Shown in pieces: positions 42,890 through 53,244 of a stretch of 64,000 bases of DNA. The notes beneath the pieces are model-generated. The model was not told the DNA's origin, searched no databases, and worked only from the letters and a program-made list of their open reading frames with translations. The DNA is taken from the NCBI GenBank assembly GCA_964016885.1, contig OZ024741.1, positions 86,366,001-86,430,000 on the forward strand, written 5' to 3'. Position numbers and translations under genes: made by a program. The stretch comes from Eledone cirrhosa (taxonomy: Eukaryota). Position 1 is the first letter of the stretch; each line of letters starts with the position of its first letter.

Positions 42890-43265
42890 AAGTTGCTTAA
42901 GCCACAAACCCCGGCACTGTGGCCCGCAATGCAGAGGAAAGGAAGACCAACAAATATTGGGGATTGCCCGCCTGCTTCCTCTTCACACCAGTTTCTGTCA
43001 AGACCTCAGGCATACTTGGACCCCATACTGCTGAGCTCCTCCGCAAGAACATCAGCAGCCTATTTGAAGAAGGAGCCCCACGAGATGGAGTGGCTGTTGT
43101 AACAGGTGTTGCTGGCCATTGTCTGCAGAAATGCTTTTGTGATCTTGTCCATAGGGCACAGCCCAACTGCTGTGCCCTAGGCCTAGAGCCCATCACCTTC
43201 CCTTTCCCCCTCTCATTCTTCTGTGACCCTAGAGCCCTTACCCTTCCCTTCATTTTCCATTTTTA
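42890..43265 (+). mobile_element. Relic RLE-type (CRE/NeSL-like) non-LTR 3' end
   Basis: PGTVARNAEERKTNKYWGL...FLFTPVSVKTSGILGPHTAELL resembles the RLE motif AE..K..KY..L...F.P..VET.G..G. Confidence 0.55.
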
Positions 43266-43570
43266 AATATCTGTAGTATTGTTGTTATTTGAAATAGATT
43301 TGTTTATGATTTTCTTGATTTTCAAACTGTAAATGTCTTAGATGAAAAATTGATTATGACATCTATCTGTATGGCTATCTGTCTGAATATCAAGATATAT
43401 TTATTGTCTGATTATATAAAAACACATTTATTAGTTATATGAAATTACAAAGAGATTGTTGTTGTGGAGAAGTGGTCCAATACAATATGAACAGACATAT
43501 GATAAAACGAGAAAAATAATAGAGAAATTAGTTCAAAGATTTGTGTGACTAGAATAATGATAATACTTAC

Positions 43571-43732
43571 CTTGCATAACAGGAAGGATTAAAGTTTTCC
43601 AGTCAGTCGGAAATTCTAGTCCATTCTTTATCATAACTACTCTGAATTCATACCAAAGGCCAGATGTTAAATTTGATAAAATCTGCCATTGTTGCATAGT
43701 AAAATCCAAAGAATTTTCTGAGGAATTATCAC
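43571..43732 (-). CDS. L1CAM/neuroglian-family gene, FnIII domain second half
   Basis: ctag acceptor and GTAAGT donor, phase 1-1. Translation (G)DNSSENSLDFTMQQWQILSNLTSGLWYEFRVVMIKNGLEFPTDWKTLILPVMQ contains the FnIII L.NL..G..YEFRV motif. Confidence 0.9.
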
Positions 43733-43981
43733 CTAGAATGGATAGGAAATTTTAATTACAAGTTATTTTTAAAACCCCATAAAAAAATGTGCACACCAAA
43801 TTTACGAGCATTCAGTGTGGATTGTTGGAAATCTTTATATCACCTGTCTATACACTGATTACAAAAATTGCATATTAAAAATGCATAAGATCATGATTAG
43901 TTTGGGATAAAGTTGGATTGGAAAAAGAAGAAGACTAACAACAACAACTTTAAAAGTAAGAATCCAATGAAGTTTACTTAC

Positions 43982-44110
43982 CCATTTTCCTATATTCAAG
44001 AATATAAAATAAATCTTCATATTCAAGAGTTCCATTGCCCGCATTCTTCCAAGTTATATTTACAGAATCTTCATCAGTTGGTAAAACCGACCAATCAGTT
44101 ATAATAGGAG
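43982..44110 (-). CDS. L1CAM/neuroglian-family gene, FnIII domain first half
   Basis: tttttcag acceptor and GTAAGT donor, phase 1-1. Translation PIITDWSVLPTDEDSVNITWKNAGNGTLEYEDLFYILEYRKM shows the FnIII S..I.W...Y..EYR pattern. Confidence 0.9.
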
Positions 44111-44605
44111 CTGAAAAAGAAAATATAAAAAATGAATTTGTTAGTGAAAAGAAGAGGACTGTGTCTATGTCCTTTGTAGACTTTCTAAGACCGGCCATAC
44201 TTATCTGGTTGATATTCAACTTGAACAGCTACATGTTAACAGATGTCACTGACTGTTCTCTGCAGCAATGCTTTTGCCATCATGTTTGTAAGGTACAGCT
44301 GAGATGTATTATACAGCCAGGAATGTAAAGTTTGACTCCCTCCCTTCTCAATTTAAAATTTTTTGCTTTTGCTTTTTCCCATTTTTCTCCTCCTATCCTC
44401 TTGTTTATTGTTTATTGTCAACAAAACTAAATAATAGATTTGATCTTCAAAAATTTAACTGTTTTTTTTTAAAATGGCTGAAGCTCACGGAGGAGATGGC
44501 AAAGGGGCGTGACGAATAGAGAGATGCTGTGCTGAATAGGACCCGTCCCACCCTTGCAAGAAGGGAAAAGCAGATGTAAAATTATGATGATGATGATGAT
44601 GATGA

Positions 44606-44642
<37 letters not shown>

Positions 44643-44751
44643 TGTATATAAGTGGCAAATTTGCAGAATTGTTACAATGTTGGAAATAATTCTTTCTACT
44701 TTTTGGCACAAGACCAGCATTACTGGTACTTTATTTATACAATGTTGGAAA

Positions 44752-45055
44752 TGTGGTTAGAAAAAGCTATCTCACTTACCGCTTTTCACGGGCGCCGCTA
44801 AATTCCACTGCAGGTTACTCCTCTTCCACGTGCGTCCGACTGCTTAACACCGGGAGCTGCCCAAAACTCGCGTCCACACCGTGTGCTGGTCACCACTAGA
44901 GAGAGGCCCTCTGCTGGCCCTTCCGGTCGAGCATCCTTCCGGCCAAAAGACCCTTCCGGTCGAGCACTCCCCCGCCTCCGGCCACCGCACGCCACACACC
45001 CTTCCGGCCGAGCACTCCCACGCCTCCGGCCACCGCACGCCACACCATACCCACA
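44752..45055 (-). repeat. 3' LTR (304 bp) with internal ~50-bp tandem duplication
   Basis: Matches 48703-49005 with about 6 substitutions and 1 indel by manual count. Confidence 0.95.
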
Positions 45056-45068
45056 CGCTCCCCTGATC

Positions 45069-47915
45069 TCAAGGATCAATTTCCCCCTCGTCCCTCTGCA
45101 TATGAAAGTCTGCTGTCCAGGTTGGTGGTCTACGACTTCGTTGCGATCTTCGTATTATTGGGGCAGAGCTCTGGGTTTCCACCTCATCTTGGGTTTCCTC
45201 TTCCTCGGAGTCCGTCGACACAGTGATTCTTCTTACATCCAGGACATGACGTGGTACCCCGTCCACGGACACATTGTTCTTTGAATTTACGGCCGTCACC
45301 GTTCCCCTTCCCCATTGAGATGTGCAACGTGCATCTGGGGGCTTAACCCAGACTTCTTCGCCCACCTGCACGAATGCACTCTCTCTCCCCACTGGCCGTT
45401 GTGGTGGCGTGCACGGGTGGCGCCACTCGTATTTGAATACTGCTCTATGTGGCACCGATTCCTCGACCTGTCCAACCCGAGGGGACATATTGTACCAGAA
45501 CACTGCCTCCATTGGTGAGATATGGCCCCGCTCCGCCATTGCCTTGATCGTCCGGTGGTGTCGCTCCACGATTCCATTCCCGCTCGGCCTGTGCGCCGCT
45601 CTGAAGAAACGGTCCACCTTCCATCCATCGAGCATCTCCCTCAGTGCCTCCGAGCGGAACGCTGCGCTGTTGTCCATCAGCAGTTCGTCCACAGGGCCCT
45701 GCTCCAAGAACACCTCTCTCAACGTTCGCACGATTTCCTCGGCCGTTCCAGTCCTCATCTCCCTCCATATCGCCATTCGACCTGGTCCACAGTCGACCAT
45801 CGAGAGGTACGTTCCCTGCTAATCGCTTCCAGTCGCGATCCACCGGGAGGCTTCCCGTTTCGTGTACACCCGGGGCGGGATCAATGGACTGACATCGGAC
45901 ACAGCCTCTAACCACCCCCCGAACACTGTGTCTGCTAACGTCCGAGTCGATTCTCCTGGCTAGGAACAGGCTCCTATTCACCCCCATGTGGTGCATGTCA
46001 TGCAACCCCTTCAGGTCTAACTCGATCAGCCGACACACGGCAGCTATCTCATCCTCTACCTCCTCCGGCGCTTCCATCCAGGCTTTCTTCACCCTGGTTA
46101 AGACGTCCACCCTATTTTTCTCTGAGGGCACGAACACTACGCTCAGCTTCAGGTCGAACTCGGTGGCCAGCTCTCCTAACGTTCTCAGGCGGCGCTTTAT
46201 CAGCATCTCCGCCGCGCCTCTCGTTCGCACTCTCTTCTCACTGGTGAGCATTGATCTTACCCATCCGAGTACAGTAGCCGAGTCGGTGCGTATCTCGATG
46301 GTGCGCAGCCCCCACCGCAGGGCGAGGTTCACCCCTCTCAACACCGCGTCCAGCTCGGCCTCATTGATGTGGCTGCAGTCGTCCTTCTTTCTAAGCCAGG
46401 CTGCATCCTCGACCTCAACACCTCCTATCTCCAACGTGACACCCAGCGCTATGCTGCTGGCATCGCACCATACGGTCCCGCTCTGTGATTTGGGAACGTA
46501 CCAGCGTCCCCGCACTGGGTCGTTGGCCTTCACCCTCCCCACGATCTCCTGCATCATGGCCACCGTCCTCTCTCCCACTCTGTCACTCCAAGTCACCCCT
46601 CCCGCTCGTCTCTTGACATAGCTGCATGCCGTCCGGAACTACCCAGCGATCGGGTAGTGACCCACCAGCTTTCCACACACCGAGAAAAGCTCCCGCCTAT
46701 TCATACTTGGGCCCAGTTCCGGAACTTCGTTTCCCCTCTGGAACACCAAAACGCCCGTCTTGTCTCGCCGTAGCCTAAGTCCCAGCGCGGCTCCTCCCTC
46801 CAATGCTTCTGATGGCTTCGCAGTCAGTCCATACCTCCGCAAATGGCTCGTGACCTCCGCCGTCGACACCACCGACTCGTCCACTAGGATGTCGTCAATA
46901 TAGGAGTTAGTAGCCCTCTTTATCTTGTCAGCCTTCCCCAGAGCGGTCTTGAGGACTGCTGCCATGATCTTCGGTGCGGAGCTCAGCCCGAAACCGAGCC
47001 TGGTCAGGCAATATGTCCGGCCCTTATACCTGACCAGCTGATACCGCCAGAGCTTCTCATCTATATGCAGCTGCAAGTAAGCCGACATTAGATCAACGAT
47101 CGCTGAAACCCCCGTCATGCGTCTCCAATCACGCAGGGTTTCCCCACAGACATCCGTGACCTCGCCACCCGTGTGGCATGACACGTGCTCGTTCAGCTCC
47201 CGATAGTCCAGCACCGGCCTCACCTTGCTCTTCGTGGGCTGCACCACCGCCATCAACAGCAATACTCCGCACTTCACCTCCTCCTTCCAGGGAAGCAGTA
47301 TGCCCCCTTCGATCCATTTCTCTACTTCTCGCTCGAACTTGCTCCTAACGTTTCCCTTCAATGTGTGTTGATAGCAGCCCACTTTGGTCTTCAGTGTTGG
47401 TGGTTCTCCCTTCCAGTACCACTCAACAACCCATCGCTGCCCATCAAACATGGCCTTGAAGTCTTTGTCCTGTACAGTGTAAGCGGGGTATTCCTCCTCG
47501 TGGACCTTCTGGTTCTCATGACGTGCACTCACAGCGCATGCCGATGCAGCGGCGCCAAACGACACACCGACATTGTTCACCGTGACGCCCCCTAGACGGC
47601 CAATCGCGTCCATGCCCATAACCACGCCGATCCCATCCACCACACTGTCTACCACGATGGCGGAAAGCCTTATCCTCCTTCCCCGTACCGCTATTTCCAT
47701 CTCGCTGCGACCTCGGCATTCAATTTTCCTGCCGTCGCGTGCCCTTACGCTGCTCTTCCCTCCCCACCTCTGCGCCACCCCCGCGGTCACCAGTGTCGTC
47801 GTACAGCCCGTATCCTCGAGGGCTCGCTGTGGCTTCCACCTCATGAAGACTTCCACCACGGGCAGCGCCGCTACTCGTAAGGGGCAACTACCGGCGCAGT
47901 AGTTCCCCTTGGATC
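45069..47915 (-). pseudogene. pol: aspartic protease, RT, RNase H, HHCC/DDE integrase; disrupted
   Basis: Motifs ALEDTGC, RPVLDYRELN, FGLSSAP, SYIDDILV, WCDASS..HINEAEL..TDS, HDMHHMG..C..C, LMDNS and NGIVERHHRTIK. There is an in-frame TAG at 46639-41 and a frameshifting deletion at about 45815. Confidence 0.92.
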
Positions 47916-47922
47916 GTTTCCC
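47865..47922 (-). promoter_or_regulatory. -1 ribosomal frameshift signal (G GGA AAC plus hairpin/pseudoknot)
   Basis: A slippery heptamer at 47916-22 sits in the gag frame, and the -1 frame is open into the protease. A 13-bp stem starts 5 nt downstream. Confidence 0.8.
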
Positions 47923-48632
47923 TGGTCGCAGTTAGTAGCGATGTGGCCTGGTCGCTTACACCGGTAGCAAATTATCTCCGGCTTCGACTCTCTACAGTCT
48001 CTAGCCATGTGCGGGCCCTGGCACCGAAAACAGCGCCCCCTAAACGCACACGGACGGCCGCGTGCCGAGGTTGCCTCCCTTTCACCATTTCGCTGCCAGG
48101 TGTCCTGAGCCTCCATAGTTGCTATCGCCGCAACACTCTTTTTGGCATCTTCCGCTATGATCCGGGCTTGTTCCACTAGTGAACGCATTTCCATCTCTTT
48201 ATAACCCGGGACTTGCTGCAGTTTCACTGCTATGTCGTCCGGGAATCCATTGATGAACGTCAACCGCACCGTGCGTTCGCATTCCGCCTGGTAACCGGCC
48301 AACATAGTCAACCGCCTTATTTCCGCTGCGAAAATGTCGACGTGCTCACCATTCCACCTGATTCTCGCCAGCTTAGCAAAAGCCGCCAACGGTCCCTCGG
48401 CGAATGCATCCATCAGACGCCTCTCAATCTTCTGCACATCTCTTTGGCTGTGCTCATCCAACTCAAGGAAGAGTACCAGCGCATCGCCCTCGAGGTACAA
48501 TGCCATGAGGCCGGCCACGTCCTCTATCTTCTGCAAGCTTGCGACCAGCCGAACCTTCTGCAGCCAAGCGACAACATCACCTTCCCCGGTGAATGCCCTG
48601 ATAGCTTCGTTCATCCGTAGTCTTGTCGTCAT
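47871..48632 (-). CDS. gag with two CCHC zinc knuckles
   Basis: 253-aa ORF with CFRCQGPHMARDC and CYRCKRPGHIATNC. Confidence 0.9.
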   Translation of the reverse strand: MTTRLRMNEAIRAFTGEGDVVAWLQKVRLVASLQKIEDVAGLMALYLEGDALVLFLELDEHSQRDVQKIERRLMDAFAEGPLAAFAKLARIRWNGEHVDIFAAEIRRLTMLAGYQAECERTVRLTFINGFPDDIAVKLQQVPGYKEMEMRSLVEQARIIAEDAKKSVAAIATMEAQDTWQRNGEREATSARGRPCAFRGRCFRCQGPHMARDCRESKPEIICYRCKRPGHIATNCDQGNDPRGTTAPVVAPYE

Positions 48633-48702
48633 CTTCTGATTTGTCTTGCGGCAACAGTTTTTTTTTTTTTTTTTTTTTTTTTTTTCAGTCGCCGAAATAG
48701 CT

Positions 48703-49005
48703 TGTGGTTAGAAAAAGCTATCTCACTTACCGCTTTTCACAGGCGCCGCTAAATTCCACTGCAGGTACTCCTCTTCCACGTGCGTCCAACTGCTTAACAC
48801 CGGGAGCTGCCCAAAACTCGCGTCCACACCGTGTGCTGGTCACCACTAGAGAGAGGCCCTCTGCTGGCCCTTCCGGTCGAGCATCCTTCCGACCAAAAGA
48901 CCCTTCCGGTCGAGCACTCCCCCACCTCCGGCCACCGCACGCCACACACCCTTCCGGTCGAGCACTCCCCCGCCTCCGGCCACCGCACGCCACACCATAC
49001 CCACA
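48703..49005 (-). repeat. 5' LTR (303 bp)
   Basis: Direct repeat of 44752-45055 with TG...CA ends. Confidence 0.95.
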
Positions 49006-49889
49006 GGAAATAATGCTTTGTGTTAATCATTCTGGCTCTGTGCTTTAAGTTCTAATTCTGCTGAGGACAACTTTGCTTTTCATCCAATAAAAAAAAGTAC
49101 CAGTACAGTACTGAGGTCGATTTGCCTTCTATAACTTTTTCTCACTTCCTCTGCATCACAAGAAATCAACTGTGTTCTCACATAGAGAGGGATGGACTCT
49201 GCCAGGTTTAAAATGTCCAAGATCACCATACGTCACTAAAGTACCCCTACTCCATTAGGAGTTACAGGCTCACACACAATATCATCATCATAATCATCAC
49301 TTAACATCTATTTTCCATGCTTACATTGGTTAGATGGGTCATCACGTCATGAAAATAGTCACATTATAAGACAAGTCTTGCTCATATGGATCTGATTTGG
49401 GCTTAGTTTCTATGGCTTGATACCCTTCCTAATGTGAACCATATTTCAGCATGGACAGGTTGCTTTTTATTGTGACCCAAAAATGACCACCTAACAGGGT
49501 GGTCTGAGTACTTCTTTGTTGTGTCACCAGCACAACCCCCTTACAAGGTGGATGGGGGATTTTCCATTGTTGTGGTACCAGCACTATCACCATACAAGGT
49601 GGACTAGGTGCTTTTTGTCATGGAAGCAGCACTGTGGAAAGTTTTCAATGCTTGTAAGCATGAGTTGGACAAAAAAGGTGGAGGGAGCAAGTATATAGGA
49701 TGCGTATAAGAGAGGTGAGTGAGGGAGGTCTAAGTAGGATACTCAGCTGGTGAGGTGGAGATGGGTGAGTATTTAAATGGGGCAACTGTAAAAAATCCAC
49801 CCAAAACACGGTCCTGCTCTGAGCAAAGTATGGCATGGCCAACTAGCCAGACCTCCTTCATAACAGCTCACAAAATATGGTTCCATTAT

Positions 49890-50670
49890 GAGCAGGACAA
49901 GCCTCGTCAATATCTCCTTTTAAGATCTGCCTTCTTTGGTCAGAATAGATCCTAGGTTCTTGAAGGTGTCCACTTCTTCAAGTCTTCCTCCATTCAGCAT
50001 GATGTTGGTTGCTGTATGCTGATTATTACTATTAACCAGAATCGTTCTCTTTTCTGAGCTGATCTCCATTCCATATGCCCCTGATACTTTTTCCAGTCAG
50101 GTAGTGAGCTCCTGGAGTTCTGCTTCACTGCTTCCTAACAAATCAATGTCATCAGTAAATCGCATGTTGAAAATAGGCCATCCTCCAATAGAAACTGAGG
50201 TGTGGAAGTCTTGGAGTGTCTCTTGCATGATGTTTTCTAGGAAGATGTTGAAAAGCACTGGAGAAAGAAGACACCTTTGTCAAACTTCCAGTGTTATCCT
50301 GAAGAATTCTCCAGTGTTTTTATTCAGGAGAACTGCACTATTTGAGTTGTCATACAGTACTTTGATTATTTCAATGAAGTTGGTGTCAAAGTTATAATCC
50401 TTCATCACATTCTACAAACCCTCATACCAAACATGGTCAAAGGCTCTTTTAAAGTCGATGAAGTTATGATAGAGGTTAGATTGGTGCTGCAGGTGTGTCT
50501 CAGTGAGCAGTCTGATGTTAAATATCTACTCTGTTCTTTTGGGCCTGAACCCTATTTGTTCTTCTACCAGGATTTTTTCTGCCTTTCCCTTAAATCTGTT
50601 TAGAAAAACTCTTAATAGTACTTTGTAGGGTGGCTAGTTAGGCTGATTGTTTTGTAGCTCTGACAGAATT
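49890..50670 (-). mobile_element. Degenerate RTE LINE RT fragment
   Basis: The minus strand shows DFKRAFDHVW, CLLSPVLFNIFLE, NMRFTDDIDLL and YGMEISSEK remnants. Confidence 0.75.
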
Positions 50671-51217
50671 TGAGTTGGGAACTTCACTAAATGTATGTTT
50701 CAGCTTCTCTTCATGGGAGGTATATGGAAGAGTGGGGTGGAAATGAAGGTGATGCATACTATATGTATACTATATGTATACTATATGTATACTTCAGTTT
50801 CAGAAAAATATGGAATGCACACACACACATATATATATCATCATCATCGTTTAACGTCCATCTTCCATGCTTGCATGGATTTGGACGGGAGTTTTCCCAC
50901 TTGAGGCAAGAGTGGTTGTCTTGCTCACATAGGACTGTCTGATGGGTTTTCTACGGCTGGATGCCCTTCCTAACACCAACCACGTTTACAGTGTGGACTG
51001 GGAGGTTTTTACCGTGTTACCTACACGGCCACATTACAGCGTGGACTGTGTGTTTTTTTGTCGTGACACCTACACGACCTCATTTGTTTCGGACTGGATG
51101 TTGTGGTACCAACATAACTTTACATTGAAAGGGGTGGTGTGGATGGGGTGGGGGTAGTGGGACAAGGGTGTATTTTGTTAGAGGTGCCTACTGACTGTAG
51201 TAGGTTTCACTTTGTAC

Positions 51218-51700
51218 TTAGGCAAGGCGGGTCTTCTGTATTATTGCGTAGCGCCAAAGATCTCGGCCAAAGATCTCGGTTCGTATGCAGGCATCATACA
51301 GCCTGCCTTTCATTTTTAGAGAGAACCCTTTAGCGGTTAATAGTGGTATAAGCTCTCCGAACTTTTTCCATCCAGTTCTGACTCTAGCTACTGTACTTTC
51401 AGAGCACCCTCCACCACTGCTGATTTTGTCACCCAAGTAACGGAAGGTGTCCACTATTTCTATAGAACCATCTGTGCAATGGAATGAGCTAGTATTCTGT
51501 GGGCACTTGCTGCTACTTATTGCACCAGAGCACCGGCCACATATAAAATCTATGTTCTTAGTTAGCTTACCTGTGATCCCACTACATCTTTTATGCGCCC
51601 ATACTTTGCATTTGGGACATAAAATGGAGTTTCTACCTACTCCTTTCCTACACACTGAGCATGGCCATTTCCCAGATGGGACCGGTGCCCTATTTTCCTT
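51218..51700 (-). mobile_element. RTE-related LINE fragment with Cys-rich insert
   Basis: CRKGVGRNSILCPKCKVWAHKRCSGI...FRYLGDKISSGGGCSESTVARVRTGWKKF. Confidence 0.75.
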
Positions 51701-51993
51701 CCTACAATATATATATATATATAGTTGATAACTTAACTACTTCCCACGTTCAATATCTTTATTAGAATCTGCTTATATTTTCTAATAAGGCCCCTGCAGT
51801 TTGTTTGGATCAACAAATTTCCCGAGTCTATAATTTTGTCAATGTTTCCAGACACACAATCTCATTATCAGGATTGTTGTTGGTTTGTACTGCCTCTTTT
51901 ATCATAGATATAGATATTTTATAAAGTTATATGCAACTCTTCTTTCTTTGACATCATTTTGTGGCTTTCATACTGGAAATTGGTTGTTAAACT

Positions 51994-52839
51994 TATAACA
52001 GGACACTGGGTTGTATGTACAATATTTATTTACGAAGATTGAGCTGAGTAGAGCTGAATAGCTGACATGCCAAGAGAGATGAAACAATGAATTAAGGAAT
52101 TCAGGAGGCACGGTCTACTGGCGGAAATGTTACCAGGCCGTGGTTAAGTTGTTGTGTTACATGTTGGCTAGTGATTTCACACCGAAAGAAAGTTAGGTGT
52201 TTACCTTTTCACAGTCAGGAAGCGAGAGAGTATACCTCCGGCGGAACGCGCCTGGTCGAAAGGCCAGGCAGCGAAAAGGTGAAAAGAGAGGAAGATAGCT
52301 TTCAGCTCTCTCCTTTATAGTTTTCTGGACGGAAGTCACAAAGAAGGTTCTGGAACCTCAATGGGAAGTAACTCTAGCTACTTCCTGTCTAGAGAGCGCT
52401 ACAAGACTCCCCTCCCAGACGAGAAGTCGAATGACCAAATGAAATCATTGTAGCGAGAACACGAGGAACAAGGCAAAAGGTACAAGAACATGAATGAACA
52501 AATCATGAGCAAGCAAATAGCAAAATGAGTATGCAAAAATTAATGATAGATATCAAGGTAGCCAACCGCTCTTGGCCAGAGAACGACTGGACATCTATCT
52601 ATCCATCACACAAAGATACAATGTAATCAACCTAAAAGAAGAGGTTAAAGGAGCAAAGAAACGTGCTCGAACATAGTTATTAAAAAAAGTTCAAATGTTC
52701 AAAAATAAAGTTAACAGGTATGTAAGCACATGGCAGCAGGAAAGTCTCCTTCATAGTTCCCTGGACGGAAGTCACAAAAAAGGTTCTGGAACTTCAACGG
52801 GAAGTAACTCCAGCTACTTCCTGTCTAGAGAGCGCTACA
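51994..52839 (-). mobile_element. Miniature LTR-type element (two LTR-like halves around a 45-bp PBS/PPT core)
   Basis: A ~95-bp direct repeat ends in GCGCTACA at 52403 and 52839. 52449-52839 is bounded by TGTAGCG/CGCTACA. The core on - contains TGGTCATTCG and GGGAGGGGAG, and AACT flanks both ends. Confidence 0.55.
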
Positions 52840-53244
52840 AACTTGACCAATGTTATTTACAAAAATGGAAGTTGTAAACTTCATGAAACCAATTTACAAT
52901 ATTAAATTTGGTATACAAGTACAACATTCACTTGTAACCTCCTCATGCATTTACAAGAAGTAATTACAACTGACTACACCATGCACCACAAAACAAAGGT
53001 AGATAGGAAAACACTAATGGTCAATATGTCTGTTTTACACATGCATACATACACACACACATACACATATATAGCTATAATAAAGTAAGTTTTTTTTTAA
53101 ATGTCCTACATGAGTAAAAATATAAACTACAGCAGAAACACAAACGCTCCATCTCAATTTTACTTATGAAAATCATAAGAACTGTGAAACTGGTAAATAA
53201 ATATTCTTAAAAGACTCCAGTTGCACTTTCAATTTCTTTTCCTT

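Larger units (their letters stand above)
44752..49005 (-). mobile_element. Full-length compact LTR retrotransposon (gag-PR-RT-RH-IN order), 4254 bp, inactivated
   Basis: Direct repeats at 44752-45055 and 48703-49005, both TG...CA. A 5-bp TSD GGAAA lies at 44747-51 and 49006-10. A PPT (AGGGGAGCG on -) abuts the 3' LTR. Confidence 0.96.

Noticed and set aside
44798-45284. ORFs within the LTRs (also 48704-49048)
   Set aside because: By-products of GC-rich tandem repeats in the LTR; no domain evidence.
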